Part shown: positions 20,967-30,054 of the stretch, in pieces
Position numbering within the stretch: the first letter of the stretch is position 1
Layout: every line of letters starts with the position of its first letter
Source: Methylococcaceae bacterium
GTDB taxonomy: Bacteria; Pseudomonadota; Gammaproteobacteria; Methylococcales; Methylomonadaceae
Reading direction: 5' to 3'
DNA length: 62,917 nt
Assembly: GCA_030627285.1 (NCBI GenBank)
Contig: DAOUSJ010000001.1
Span: 1 to 62,917, forward strand
Program-made: the position numbers and the translations under genes
Notes under the pieces: generated by a model
The model's input: the letters and a program-made list of their open reading frames with translations, nothing else
The model's database searches: none
What the model was told of the DNA's origin: nothing

Positions 20967-23365
20967 GTAGCTTCGGCTTCCAACAAGCTCTGCTTTAATT
21001 CATCTAACAACTTTTCAGCCAATGATTTTTCAGCGAAATCACCTAATAACAAAGATTTTTTCAGTACTTTAATGGCAGCCTCAGGATTATTTAATTTTTG
21101 ATGTGCAACTGCCAAGTGGTATCTAAAAGTAGCTATCTTAGGTTCTTGTGCCACAATATTTTTAAATATCTGCAATACTTCTCTAGTTTGATTATTTTGC
21201 AACAACACCCAAGCATAAGTATCTAAAAAATAAGGATTTTCTGATTCTTCAAAAGTCTTAACTAAATTCAATGCTAATTTCAAATTTGCTTCTGATGGAA
21301 AATGTTCCATCAATATTGCAACTAAATTATTTGCTGCTAATTTAAGCTCAGGTTGTTGTTTAACTACATATTCATATTGCTCTACAGCTTCTTTATGCAA
21401 ATTATTTTTTTCATAAAAACCACCCAGACCAAGCCTTAAACTTATACTATTTGGTAATGCAAGTATTCCATCTTTTAAGATTTGGATTGTTTGTTCTGGT
21501 TGTTGTTGTTGGTCATATAACTGCGCTAATAATTCATAAAATTTAAACATTTTTGGGTTATTCGCAATAGCAGATTTTAATACCGCTGCAGCTTCATCAC
21601 TACGTTGAGATGCGATTAACAACTTACTTCTTAAAATAATTAAATAAGCATTATTAGGATGTTTTTCTGAAAATTCAGCCAAATATAGTAAAGATATATT
21701 TCTTTGATTTAAAGCTTCATAACAACTTATTAAAGCATTTAAAGCTTCTGATAAACTTGGCAAATCAATCAATACTTGTTTATAAGCTTCAATTGCAGCG
21801 GCATATTTATTCTGTCCCTGTAAAACCATACCTTGCAAATAACCAGCATAACTTTTTCCACCAGGCAAAGATGCAACTTTATCGACTATTTTTTGAGTAG
21901 CAACCCAATCACGTTGCAATAATTTAACTTTAGCTAATAATTTCAAGCCTCCAGCATGATTTGGAAACCCTGATAATGCTTGAAGCAAAATACTTTCAGC
22001 ACGCTTCAAATCATTCCCAGCTAACATTTGATTAACTACAGGCATTACTGCAAAAAAGTTGCTTGGATTAATATTGATTGCTTTATGAAAGTTTTCCAAG
22101 GCTAATTCTGGAGATTTATTCAAACTATAAGTTTGCGCCAACAAGACTAAAGCAGTATCTGATTTAGGATAATTACGTAAAATTGAATGTAAATTAGAAA
22201 TTACTTGCTCATAAAAACCAGCTTTAATATCCACTTCAGCCTGTAAAATAGACCCCTCTAAATGTTGTGAATCAACCTCTAAAACTTCTTTAACTAGCTG
22301 TTGCATTTTTGCAATATCATTTTCCTTCATAGCCAATTTAGCCAAAGCAATTTTAGCATCTAAAGCTGCTTGCGCATTGTCTAAATTATCCACAATCGAA
22401 ATCAAAGTTTCTTTTGCTTCAGGTAATTTATTTTGCCTAAAATATATCCTAGATAATCTAAAATGTAATCGCACTGCTTTAGGATGTATCTGCAAATAAG
22501 TTTTTATCAACTCCTCAAGTTTAGTCGATTTTTGAGATTCCATAAAATCTAACAATTGCAACTTAACTGTCACATTATCAGGATTAGCAACTATAGTTTT
22601 TTCCAAAATTGCTTGAGCTTTATCAAACCTTTTAGTTTGTGAATATATTTTTGCCAATGAATAAGCAAAATTTAACTGCTCTGGAAAACGTTGAATTAAA
22701 TCTATGTAATCCTTTTCTATAGCCACTAAATTTTTATCTCTAGCATGAATACTTAATCTAAGCAAATACAAATCCACTACATCAGCATGAGTTTTTAAAC
22801 TGTTTTCTAATAACTCTAAAGCCTGTGATGATGCATTATCTTGCACCAAAATTTGGATTTTTAATTTAATTGTCTCTAAATGTAATGGTGACTGTTGTAA
22901 AATTTGCTTAACCAATACTTCAGCATCAGAATTATTACCTTGATTAAATAAAATACTGCCTTTTAAACTTAAGGCATCAATATTAGTCGCATCTAAATCT
23001 AAAATTGCTTTAACTTGCAATAAACTTTCATCAATTTTTTTCCCAGCTAAAAACATTTTGCCTAATTTTAACCGTGCCAACACATGCTTAGGATTAAAGT
23101 TTACTGCGCGTGAATAATTAGCAAACATTTGCTTACCATTTTGTTCTTGCTCCTTAATTAAACCCAAATAATAATAAGCTTCTGCATATTTAGCATCAAT
23201 TTGTAAGGCATTTTTAAATTCTAAGGACGCTTTTTTATATGCTTTTTGATCGTATAAAGATTTTCCATTATCAATAAACGTCTGCATTTTCTCTTCAGGA
23301 TCACTGCAACCCTGTAAAGCCAGAATAAGTAACGCAATTGCAATTTTTTGTTTATGTACTGTCAT
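20963..23365 (-). CDS. prsT: PEP-CTERM/exosortase-system TPR-repeat lipoprotein (PrsT-like)
   Basis: 800 aa. It has the lipobox LALQGCS and TPR repeats throughout. It lies directly downstream of the exosortase gene. Confidence 0.7.
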   Translation of the reverse strand: MTVHKQKIAIALLILALQGCSDPEEKMQTFIDNGKSLYDQKAYKKASLEFKNALQIDAKYAEAYYYLGLIKEQEQNGKQMFANYSRAVNFNPKHVLARLKLGKMFLAGKKIDESLLQVKAILDLDATNIDALSLKGSILFNQGNNSDAEVLVKQILQQSPLHLETIKLKIQILVQDNASSQALELLENSLKTHADVVDLYLLRLSIHARDKNLVAIEKDYIDLIQRFPEQLNFAYSLAKIYSQTKRFDKAQAILEKTIVANPDNVTVKLQLLDFMESQKSTKLEELIKTYLQIHPKAVRLHFRLSRIYFRQNKLPEAKETLISIVDNLDNAQAALDAKIALAKLAMKENDIAKMQQLVKEVLEVDSQHLEGSILQAEVDIKAGFYEQVISNLHSILRNYPKSDTALVLLAQTYSLNKSPELALENFHKAININPSNFFAVMPVVNQMLAGNDLKRAESILLQALSGFPNHAGGLKLLAKVKLLQRDWVATQKIVDKVASLPGGKSYAGYLQGMVLQGQNKYAAAIEAYKQVLIDLPSLSEALNALISCYEALNQRNISLLYLAEFSEKHPNNAYLIILRSKLLIASQRSDEAAAVLKSAIANNPKMFKFYELLAQLYDQQQQPEQTIQILKDGILALPNSISLRLGLGGFYEKNNLHKEAVEQYEYVVKQQPELKLAANNLVAILMEHFPSEANLKLALNLVKTFEESENPYFLDTYAWVLLQNNQTREVLQIFKNIVAQEPKIATFRYHLAVAHQKLNNPEAAIKVLKKSLLLGDFAEKSLAEKLLDELKQSLLEAEAT

Positions 23366-23431
23366 TTATGTATGAATATATAATAGAAAATTGATATGTA
23401 ACCCATAAAATAAAACCATATTTAACCTAGG

Positions 23432-24982
23432 CTAATTAGGAATATATTCTGGCAATATAGGCAATAAATTTTGTAAAAATCCTTGCAAACGCTGGTCTGC
23501 AATTTCAATTGATTCAGTTGCTAATACTGGTGTAGTTAAACGCACTAAAGCTCCATCAGTTCGATTTAAAAATAACGCATCATTGAATAAATACCACTTC
23601 ATATAATATTCATTTGCCATCTTACGACCACGTTGCTGAAACCAGTAATAAACTAATTGTTGATAATTATCCTTTTTAATCACAATTCTATTCACTGCTA
23701 ACTTATCTAATTGTAACCTCTCTATAGCACTTATTTGCCAACCTCCACCTGGAATACAAACTCGTGGTGAATGTGGTGACACGCCTTTTCTTTGAGAAGC
23801 ATAATAAGCTACATAAAAATTTATTGGTGCAGGCTGTTCATTGGTACGATAATCAGCTGAAATATAATCAGAAACTTGCAAAATATTTAACACATTTTTT
23901 TCTAAAACTGTTTGTTTACCTTGCCATTTAGATAACTGCATTGGGAACTGTGGAAAAGTCTTCCTTTTTGGAATTATTTCGCTTCTATCATCTAATGAAA
24001 AAATTCCAATCGCAGTAAGTATCAACACCATATTAACTGCAACTAAAGGGTAAGAAATAGCTCTATATTTAATAGTTCCAACATTATTACTGGGAATATT
24101 TTCCACCAAACCAAAAACTTCCATCAAAGGCTTGGGTGTTTTAGATATTTTCACCATTAAAATCATTTCCAAAATTAAAATACACATACAAGCAACAAAT
24201 ATTATCCAACCTTCAAAATCATGTAAAAAACCCTCTGCAACCGCATTGCCCCACTGATTAACTAATAATCCAGTAATTCCAATCCGCAAGCTATTCATGA
24301 ATAACGTAATTGGTATTGTGGTTAAAAATAACAATATGCGTTTCCATAACACTACATTGAACATATACGCGCAAATAAAGCCTAAACCCATCAGCGGAAA
24401 TAAATATCTCAAACCACTGCAAGCTTCAACTACTTGCAATTGATATACACCCAAATCAATTACATTGCCTTCTAAATATACTGGTATTTGACACCAGCGA
24501 ATAAACATTACGCCTAATTCAGAGGATAATAATTGTAATTCTGCGGATAATATAGCTTCTAAAAAATATGGTAATGGAATTGCAAACACTAACAGTAATA
24601 TTGGAATTAAAACTAATTTAATTGCTTTAAAACCCATTAATGTCAGTGCTACCCCAAGTAAAACTCCAATTAAGGCATAATCAATTAAAATAAATAATGC
24701 ACTAATTTCACCAATAATGAATACTAATAATGCTAATAAAACTACTATAAAACCTATCCAAGAAGGTGAAAATTCAATCTTTTCAATTAATCCGCGTTGC
24801 TGCCAAATAAAATAGCCACTGACAAATGGTAACATATATCCATGACTATATTCTTCTTGTTTATCCCAACGCAACATTAACTCACTAACTCCGCCCCAAA
24901 AGTTAATAGTAATTAATCCAATTGCAAGTATTATCCATAGCCATTGCAACCAATTGATACGCCAAGTTATATGTGTATTCAT
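23432..24982 (-). CDS. Exosortase (XrtA-like) fused to a C-terminal EpsI-family domain
   Basis: The N-terminal polytopic domain carries the exosortase signatures EEYSHGYMLP, VVEACSGLRY (catalytic Cys), MNSLRI (Arg) and LHDFEGW (His). The C-terminal half carries the EpsI signature SPHSPRVCIPGGGW. Confidence 0.8.
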   Translation of the reverse strand: MNTHITWRINWLQWLWIILAIGLITINFWGGVSELMLRWDKQEEYSHGYMLPFVSGYFIWQQRGLIEKIEFSPSWIGFIVVLLALLVFIIGEISALFILIDYALIGVLLGVALTLMGFKAIKLVLIPILLLVFAIPLPYFLEAILSAELQLLSSELGVMFIRWCQIPVYLEGNVIDLGVYQLQVVEACSGLRYLFPLMGLGFICAYMFNVVLWKRILLFLTTIPITLFMNSLRIGITGLLVNQWGNAVAEGFLHDFEGWIIFVACMCILILEMILMVKISKTPKPLMEVFGLVENIPSNNVGTIKYRAISYPLVAVNMVLILTAIGIFSLDDRSEIIPKRKTFPQFPMQLSKWQGKQTVLEKNVLNILQVSDYISADYRTNEQPAPINFYVAYYASQRKGVSPHSPRVCIPGGGWQISAIERLQLDKLAVNRIVIKKDNYQQLVYYWFQQRGRKMANEYYMKWYLFNDALFLNRTDGALVRLTTPVLATESIEIADQRLQGFLQNLLPILPEYIPN

Positions 24983-24990
24983 AAGTTTTA

Positions 24991-26118
24991 TTATTTAATA
25001 TTCGCTAACAAAAATTCACTTTGATGCCATTTTAAAATTCTTAATATCTTAGTACTTGCATGTGTTAAAACTAAATTACAACCTGAAGCTATAACATGTT
25101 TGTATAAAATTAACACTAAGCCGATAAAAGCCCCATCAATTAAACTTGTTTTATCCAAATTAAGTTCAATATTTTTTTCACTGATAGCAGCTTGCAAAAA
25201 AATATCTCGTAACGGCTGAATTGTATCTACACAAGCAATTCCAGATAAAGATATTTCTATACTATCAGTTTCTATTTGCGTATAGATTAATTTTCTTAAC
25301 ACAGCTGAATTAAACAACCCAGTGACCTTAGTTGTTTGCATCCAAAGCCAATATGGCAACACCCGAGTAGCTAATAAACCTAAAAATTGCAATCCATCAC
25401 TATAATAACGTTGCCATAAATGTGGCTCTTGGTAAATTCGCCACAACCATTCTAAACCCCATTTTTGAAATGTTAGTGGCGCGCGGATTACTGAACCTGC
25501 AAAAAAATTAATTACCGCACCTAAATGACTAATTATTGGCGCATTTAATTGTTGTCGATTCTGTTCAATCCAAGCTTGGCCTTTTTTTGCACCTAAAGCA
25601 ACTATCAAAAAATCAATCTCGTGTTGATTAATAAATTCAATAATTTCAGGCGTACTCATAGCATCAACACTACCAAAACCCGGCACATAATGTCCAACTG
25701 CTTCAAGTCCAGAACTAGCTTGATTAATAATCTTACATGCTTTAGCTCCCATACCTTCTTCACCACCGAAAAAAAACACTTTTAAGGCTTTATCTGTGGT
25801 TTTTGCATCTAACACAGCAATTAAATCTGAGCCTGCAACTCGTTCAGGTAAGGGAATATTTAATAATTTTGCAATTAAAATTAGCGGAAAACCATCAGCT
25901 ATAGAAAGTTCACTATTAATAACTGAGTGTTTAAATTGTACATCTGCTTGTGCCGCACATAAAAAATTCAAATTTGGAGTAGATAAAAAACAACGGCGTT
26001 GATTTACCGCAGTTTCAAGAATAATTTCAACAGTTTGGGACATATCAACTGCATCAAAAGGCAACCCTAATAAACACCAAACATTGCGTGAAAAATCTTG
26101 CTTTATAATCTCATTCAT
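24991..26118 (-). CDS. WecB/TagA/CpsF-family glycosyltransferase with a C-terminal STAS-like domain
   Basis: The N-terminal 260 aa or so resemble the TagA family (PFDAV..., PNLNFL, ADGFPL, FFFGG..., GAKKGQAWI). The last 110 aa or so follow a STAS pattern (IEISLSGIACVDTIQPLRD...IELNLDKTSLIDGAFIGLVLILYKH...GCNLVLTHASTKILRILK). Confidence 0.7.
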   Translation of the reverse strand: MNEIIKQDFSRNVWCLLGLPFDAVDMSQTVEIILETAVNQRRCFLSTPNLNFLCAAQADVQFKHSVINSELSIADGFPLILIAKLLNIPLPERVAGSDLIAVLDAKTTDKALKVFFFGGEEGMGAKACKIINQASSGLEAVGHYVPGFGSVDAMSTPEIIEFINQHEIDFLIVALGAKKGQAWIEQNRQQLNAPIISHLGAVINFFAGSVIRAPLTFQKWGLEWLWRIYQEPHLWQRYYSDGLQFLGLLATRVLPYWLWMQTTKVTGLFNSAVLRKLIYTQIETDSIEISLSGIACVDTIQPLRDIFLQAAISEKNIELNLDKTSLIDGAFIGLVLILYKHVIASGCNLVLTHASTKILRILKWHQSEFLLANIK

Positions 26119-27295
26119 CTCTTTCTGTCCGTACCCATGCTGTTTGGCGTTTAAATATAAATGCTAAATAAACTGTTAATTTAGCCAAGATATATTTTGG
26201 AATACTGCATAATTCTTTAAAAGTTAATATGTCTTTACCGTAGTTTTTCCACGTCAGTATCAACATTAAACTAAAAATTAGAAAATTAAGCCCTAAAATT
26301 GCAAATACCAAAAACCCCCCAGTAAATAACATCATAATGCCACTGACACTTAAAGTACATATTACTAACAAAACTAATAATGCTAATGGTGGTACCGATA
26401 AATCCAATGCCAGCCCTAACAATTTCCAATTCTTAGTAACAATTGCTTGAGTTAATAATTTTGGCACTTGTTGTTTAATAGTCAATAAATGTCCATGTTC
26501 CCAGCGAGTACGTTGTGTTTTTTCAGCAGTCGCTTGGGCTGGAAAATAACTTGTTACTAACGCCGAATGACAAAATTTTGGAACAAAATTATTTAAGCTA
26601 CAATCTATGCCTAATTGCATATCTTCAACAATATTCGCACTACCTAATTGTACTTGATCAAATGTTTGCCATGGAAATGCCATCCCAGTACCAGTTAAAG
26701 TTATCGGTAAATTTAAATATTGCATTGCTAAAGGACGAACTTCATTTTTAACTCGCCATGCAAATCCAGCAATTTTTTGTTTAATACTCGCATTTTCTGG
26801 GAGTAGCATCATATACAATGCTTGCGCGGGCTGATTAGTTATAAGCACTTGGTTATACAAACGTTTCAATGCTAATTCTGCAGGAATACAATCAGCATCC
26901 ATAATTATTAACACCTCTAATCCAGCTACATGCTGGTGTAAATACTGAATCCCATAATCTAAAGCAAAACCTTTGCTACGTTGATGTTCATTAACACGTT
27001 CTAATACTGTAACCTTATAACTACGTGCAATTTCGGCAGTATTATCGGTGCAATTATCTGCAACCACTACAATTAATTCCGCTGGTACTTGAGTAAGCAA
27101 CGCCTGCAATGTCTTAGCAATTCCCACAGCTTCATTATGTGCTGGAATCAACACCCTAGCATTAACTATCTCTACTGGCAATTCATCAATTGATGCTTTA
27201 GGTTTGAAAATTTGTACTATCAATAATTGCAAACTCACTACCGACAATGGTATTGAGATCAAAATAACAATTATCCATAAAAAACTATTTAACAT
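26111..27295 (-). CDS. Membrane-embedded family-2 glycosyltransferase, processive synthase type
   Basis: It has an N-terminal TM, ADNCTD, a DxD motif (MDADC), a TED-like VEDMQLG and the Q-x-x-R-W motif QRTRWEHG. Several C-terminal TM helices follow. Confidence 0.8.
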   Translation of the reverse strand: MLNSFLWIIVILISIPLSVVSLQLLIVQIFKPKASIDELPVEIVNARVLIPAHNEAVGIAKTLQALLTQVPAELIVVVADNCTDNTAEIARSYKVTVLERVNEHQRSKGFALDYGIQYLHQHVAGLEVLIIMDADCIPAELALKRLYNQVLITNQPAQALYMMLLPENASIKQKIAGFAWRVKNEVRPLAMQYLNLPITLTGTGMAFPWQTFDQVQLGSANIVEDMQLGIDCSLNNFVPKFCHSALVTSYFPAQATAEKTQRTRWEHGHLLTIKQQVPKLLTQAIVTKNWKLLGLALDLSVPPLALLVLLVICTLSVSGIMMLFTGGFLVFAILGLNFLIFSLMLILTWKNYGKDILTFKELCSIPKYILAKLTVYLAFIFKRQTAWVRTERDE

Positions 27296-28499
27296 TTTCT
27301 ATCGCCGCTTTAAATAAATTAGCTAATTTTTTAGCTTCAATATCTATATTATGTTGTTGCAGTACGCGCTGAAATCCTTGCTCACTAATATTAGCTAAAG
27401 TGGTTGCATCTGCTTGTAATAACTCCTGCATTGCTAAAGTCAAAGCCATCACATCACCTGCAACCACCAACCAACCAGTATTATTTGCTTGCACTAATTC
27501 AGGAATACCTGCCACATAGGTTGAAATAACTGGTTTCTTTAAAGCCATCGCCTCCATAATAACTACTGGTAAACCTTCCGCAAAACTCGGCAAAACTAAA
27601 GCTTTAGCCTGAATTAATAATTTTTTTACTTCTGCACTGCTAATCCAACCAGTAATTTTAACTAATTCTTCCAAACCATAATTACGTATCCGCTGTTCAA
27701 TTTCAGCTCGCATTGGGCCATCACCAGCTAATACCAACTGGCAATTCACGCCTTGGAGATGTAAATTATTCAAGGCCTCAATTAATAATAATTGACCTTT
27801 TTGTTCACATAAACGCCCTACACAAATTAACTTTGTATTTTCCTGAATTTGAACTGGTTCGGTAGTAAAAAAATCTGCCTCTAAACCACAATGAATAATA
27901 TTTACCTTAGACCATTGCTCTAAAGGAATCCAACGAAATAATTGACTCCTTCCATAAGAACTAATTGCCACTACAAATTTACTATGCTGAACTTTCTCTG
28001 CCAAAGCAATAAATTGCGGTTTATCAAATTCTTCTGGACCATGCACAGTAAAACTATAACTTACTCCACCCAATAAATGCGCCAACATTACCACTGTGGT
28101 TGAATTGGTGCCAAAATGTGCATGTATATGTTCTACTTCAGTTTGTTGTTGCAACTTTAATAACACGCAACTTTCGGCTAAATAAAATAAATGCAGCAAT
28201 AAACCACGCTCAGAATGCCAACCTATTTTTAATGCCTTCAATAAAACCTTAAAAAACACCAATGGTGCCGATACAAAAACCTTTATAATGCTCGAAATTA
28301 TTGCAGTAATCGGCAAAGCTAAAATTGCTTGAGTTTTTTCAGATTCTGTCAAATCCACTGGATCTACTAGTTCGGCTTGATTAGTTCTAATTGCAAAACG
28401 TTGCACTGAATAACCTAATTTTTCCAAAGCCAAAATTTCTCTACGAATAAAACTATGACTAACTTTAGGATATTGATTAATAAAATAGGCAATTTTCAT
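27285..28499 (-). CDS. Family-4 (GT-B) glycosyltransferase
   Basis: The E-x7-E region is present (PSFAEGLPVVIMEAMALKKPVIST). The N-terminus MKIAYFINQYPKVSHSFIRRE is WcaL-like. Confidence 0.8.
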   Translation of the reverse strand: MKIAYFINQYPKVSHSFIRREILALEKLGYSVQRFAIRTNQAELVDPVDLTESEKTQAILALPITAIISSIIKVFVSAPLVFFKVLLKALKIGWHSERGLLLHLFYLAESCVLLKLQQQTEVEHIHAHFGTNSTTVVMLAHLLGGVSYSFTVHGPEEFDKPQFIALAEKVQHSKFVVAISSYGRSQLFRWIPLEQWSKVNIIHCGLEADFFTTEPVQIQENTKLICVGRLCEQKGQLLLIEALNNLHLQGVNCQLVLAGDGPMRAEIEQRIRNYGLEELVKITGWISSAEVKKLLIQAKALVLPSFAEGLPVVIMEAMALKKPVISTYVAGIPELVQANNTGWLVVAGDVMALTLAMQELLQADATTLANISEQGFQRVLQQHNIDIEAKKLANLFKAAIENVK

Positions 28500-28511
28500 A
28501 GGCTTTAAAAT

Positions 28512-29300
28512 TTAATATAGAAATGGTTCATAAGGAGTATTTTGCAAACAATCAAACACTTCTGCGTAATTAAGCACTGATGCTTCTAAACTATTAGGTG
28601 ACATTTTTTGTTGTTGGCTAGTTACATTAAATGGTTTGATTTCCAAAAATTCACATAACTTTTGATTCCACGCCTGAATTGATTCAGGACTGGCAAAATA
28701 TTGTTCATATTCAATCTTTAGTATGCTGTGATTCACTAAACTTTGTATAAAATCTTGTTCACGCTGAGTTTCTGAATAATAAATTGCCAATTTTTGCATT
28801 AAATCATTAGTATCTATTTGAATTTTTTCAAACAATGTATTATTTTTTTCATAAGATACAGATTGTTGTTTAATTTGCATTAAAACCAAGGAAATATAAC
28901 GCTTTAAAATATTTTTACGCTGCAAATAAACTATTTTTATTTGCGGATTTTGACGAATATATTCTGCAGTATTAGTTTTTTCTATGGTCACCAAAAAATC
29001 TTTAATACCAACACTTTTAACTGTATGCTGAAATTTAAAATTTATTTTTCTATTAGTTTTTAAATGTTGCCAAGCAGAATAACCTTGAGCTAAATAAAAA
29101 AACCAGCCATGTTTATAAATACAGTTTAAATAGGCCTCATAACCTTTATGTTTAAATAAATACTGATAAACTAATTTATTAGTAGTAGTCCATTCGCCTA
29201 AAACTTCGCCATAATTTACACAATTTGCACTTAAATTTAGGGTATTGGAAATATAATTACTCCCACTACGTCCACTAGTAAAAATCAGATGTTGTTGCAT
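28512..29300 (-). CDS. Sulfotransferase (Stf0-like, PAPS-dependent)
   Basis: A 5'-phosphosulfate-binding loop (FTSGRSGSNY) and a 3'-phosphate-binding-like motif (VYLQRKNILKRYISL) are present. Confidence 0.6.
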   Translation of the reverse strand: MQQHLIFTSGRSGSNYISNTLNLSANCVNYGEVLGEWTTTNKLVYQYLFKHKGYEAYLNCIYKHGWFFYLAQGYSAWQHLKTNRKINFKFQHTVKSVGIKDFLVTIEKTNTAEYIRQNPQIKIVYLQRKNILKRYISLVLMQIKQQSVSYEKNNTLFEKIQIDTNDLMQKLAIYYSETQREQDFIQSLVNHSILKIEYEQYFASPESIQAWNQKLCEFLEIKPFNVTSQQQKMSPNSLEASVLNYAEVFDCLQNTPYEPFLY

Positions 29301-29302
29301 GT

Positions 29303-30022
29303 TTATTTAAGATTCCCAGCATGTAAACCACACTCTTTTTTGGCTTCAGATTCCCACCACCAACGACCTTGCCTTTCATGTTGATTCGGTAAAATAGCCC
29401 GCGTACAAGGCTCACAACCAATACTTATAAACCCTTGTTTATGTAATGAATTATATGGTAAAGCATAAGCTTCAATATAATCCCAAACTTGTCTAGAACT
29501 CCAATTCAACAATGGATTAAATTTAATTAAATTTTGTTCAGGTATAGAAAATGCTTGATCTATTTCAACTTCAACTAAATCTTGACGTGTTTCTAAACTT
29601 TGATCTTTACGTTGTCCAGTAATCCAAGCATCTAAAGTAAATAATTTACCTTTTAGTGGCTCTACTTTTCTTAAATTGCAACACTCTTGATGCCCATCAT
29701 TATAAAAACTGAACCAACCTTTATTAGTGACTAAATCTGCAATTTCACTCGCATTAGGACTTAAACACTCAATTTTTATTCCATAATGTTCTCTTACTTT
29801 TTCAATGAAACGGTAAGTTTCAGGATGTAATCTACCTGTATCTAAAGAAAAAATTTGCATATCAGGACGTATTTGTAATGCCATATCAATTAGCACCACA
29901 TCTTCTGCACCACTAAACGATAATGCAATATTGTCAAAAGCAGCTAATGCAGCTCTGAGTATTTTACCTGGAGATTGTCCTGCTAATTCAATTTGGTGCG
30001 CTTGAATATCAAATGTAGTCAT
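29303..30022 (-). CDS. cysH: Adenylylsulfate (APS) reductase, Fe-S cluster type of the PAPS-reductase family
   Basis: The CC pair ([13 protein letters not shown]) plus CxxC (SIGCEPCT) is diagnostic of the 4Fe-4S APS reductases. The catalytic C-terminal KKECGLH is present. Confidence 0.85.
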   Translation of the reverse strand: MTTFDIQAHQIELAGQSPGKILRAALAAFDNIALSFSGAEDVVLIDMALQIRPDMQIFSLDTGRLHPETYRFIEKVREHYGIKIECLSPNASEIADLVTNKGWFSFYNDGHQECCNLRKVEPLKGKLFTLDAWITGQRKDQSLETRQDLVEVEIDQAFSIPEQNLIKFNPLLNWSSRQVWDYIEAYALPYNSLHKQGFISIGCEPCTRAILPNQHERQGRWWWESEAKKECGLHAGNLK

Positions 30023-30054
30023 GATTTTTTACTGGTTACTCCATATAATTAAAC

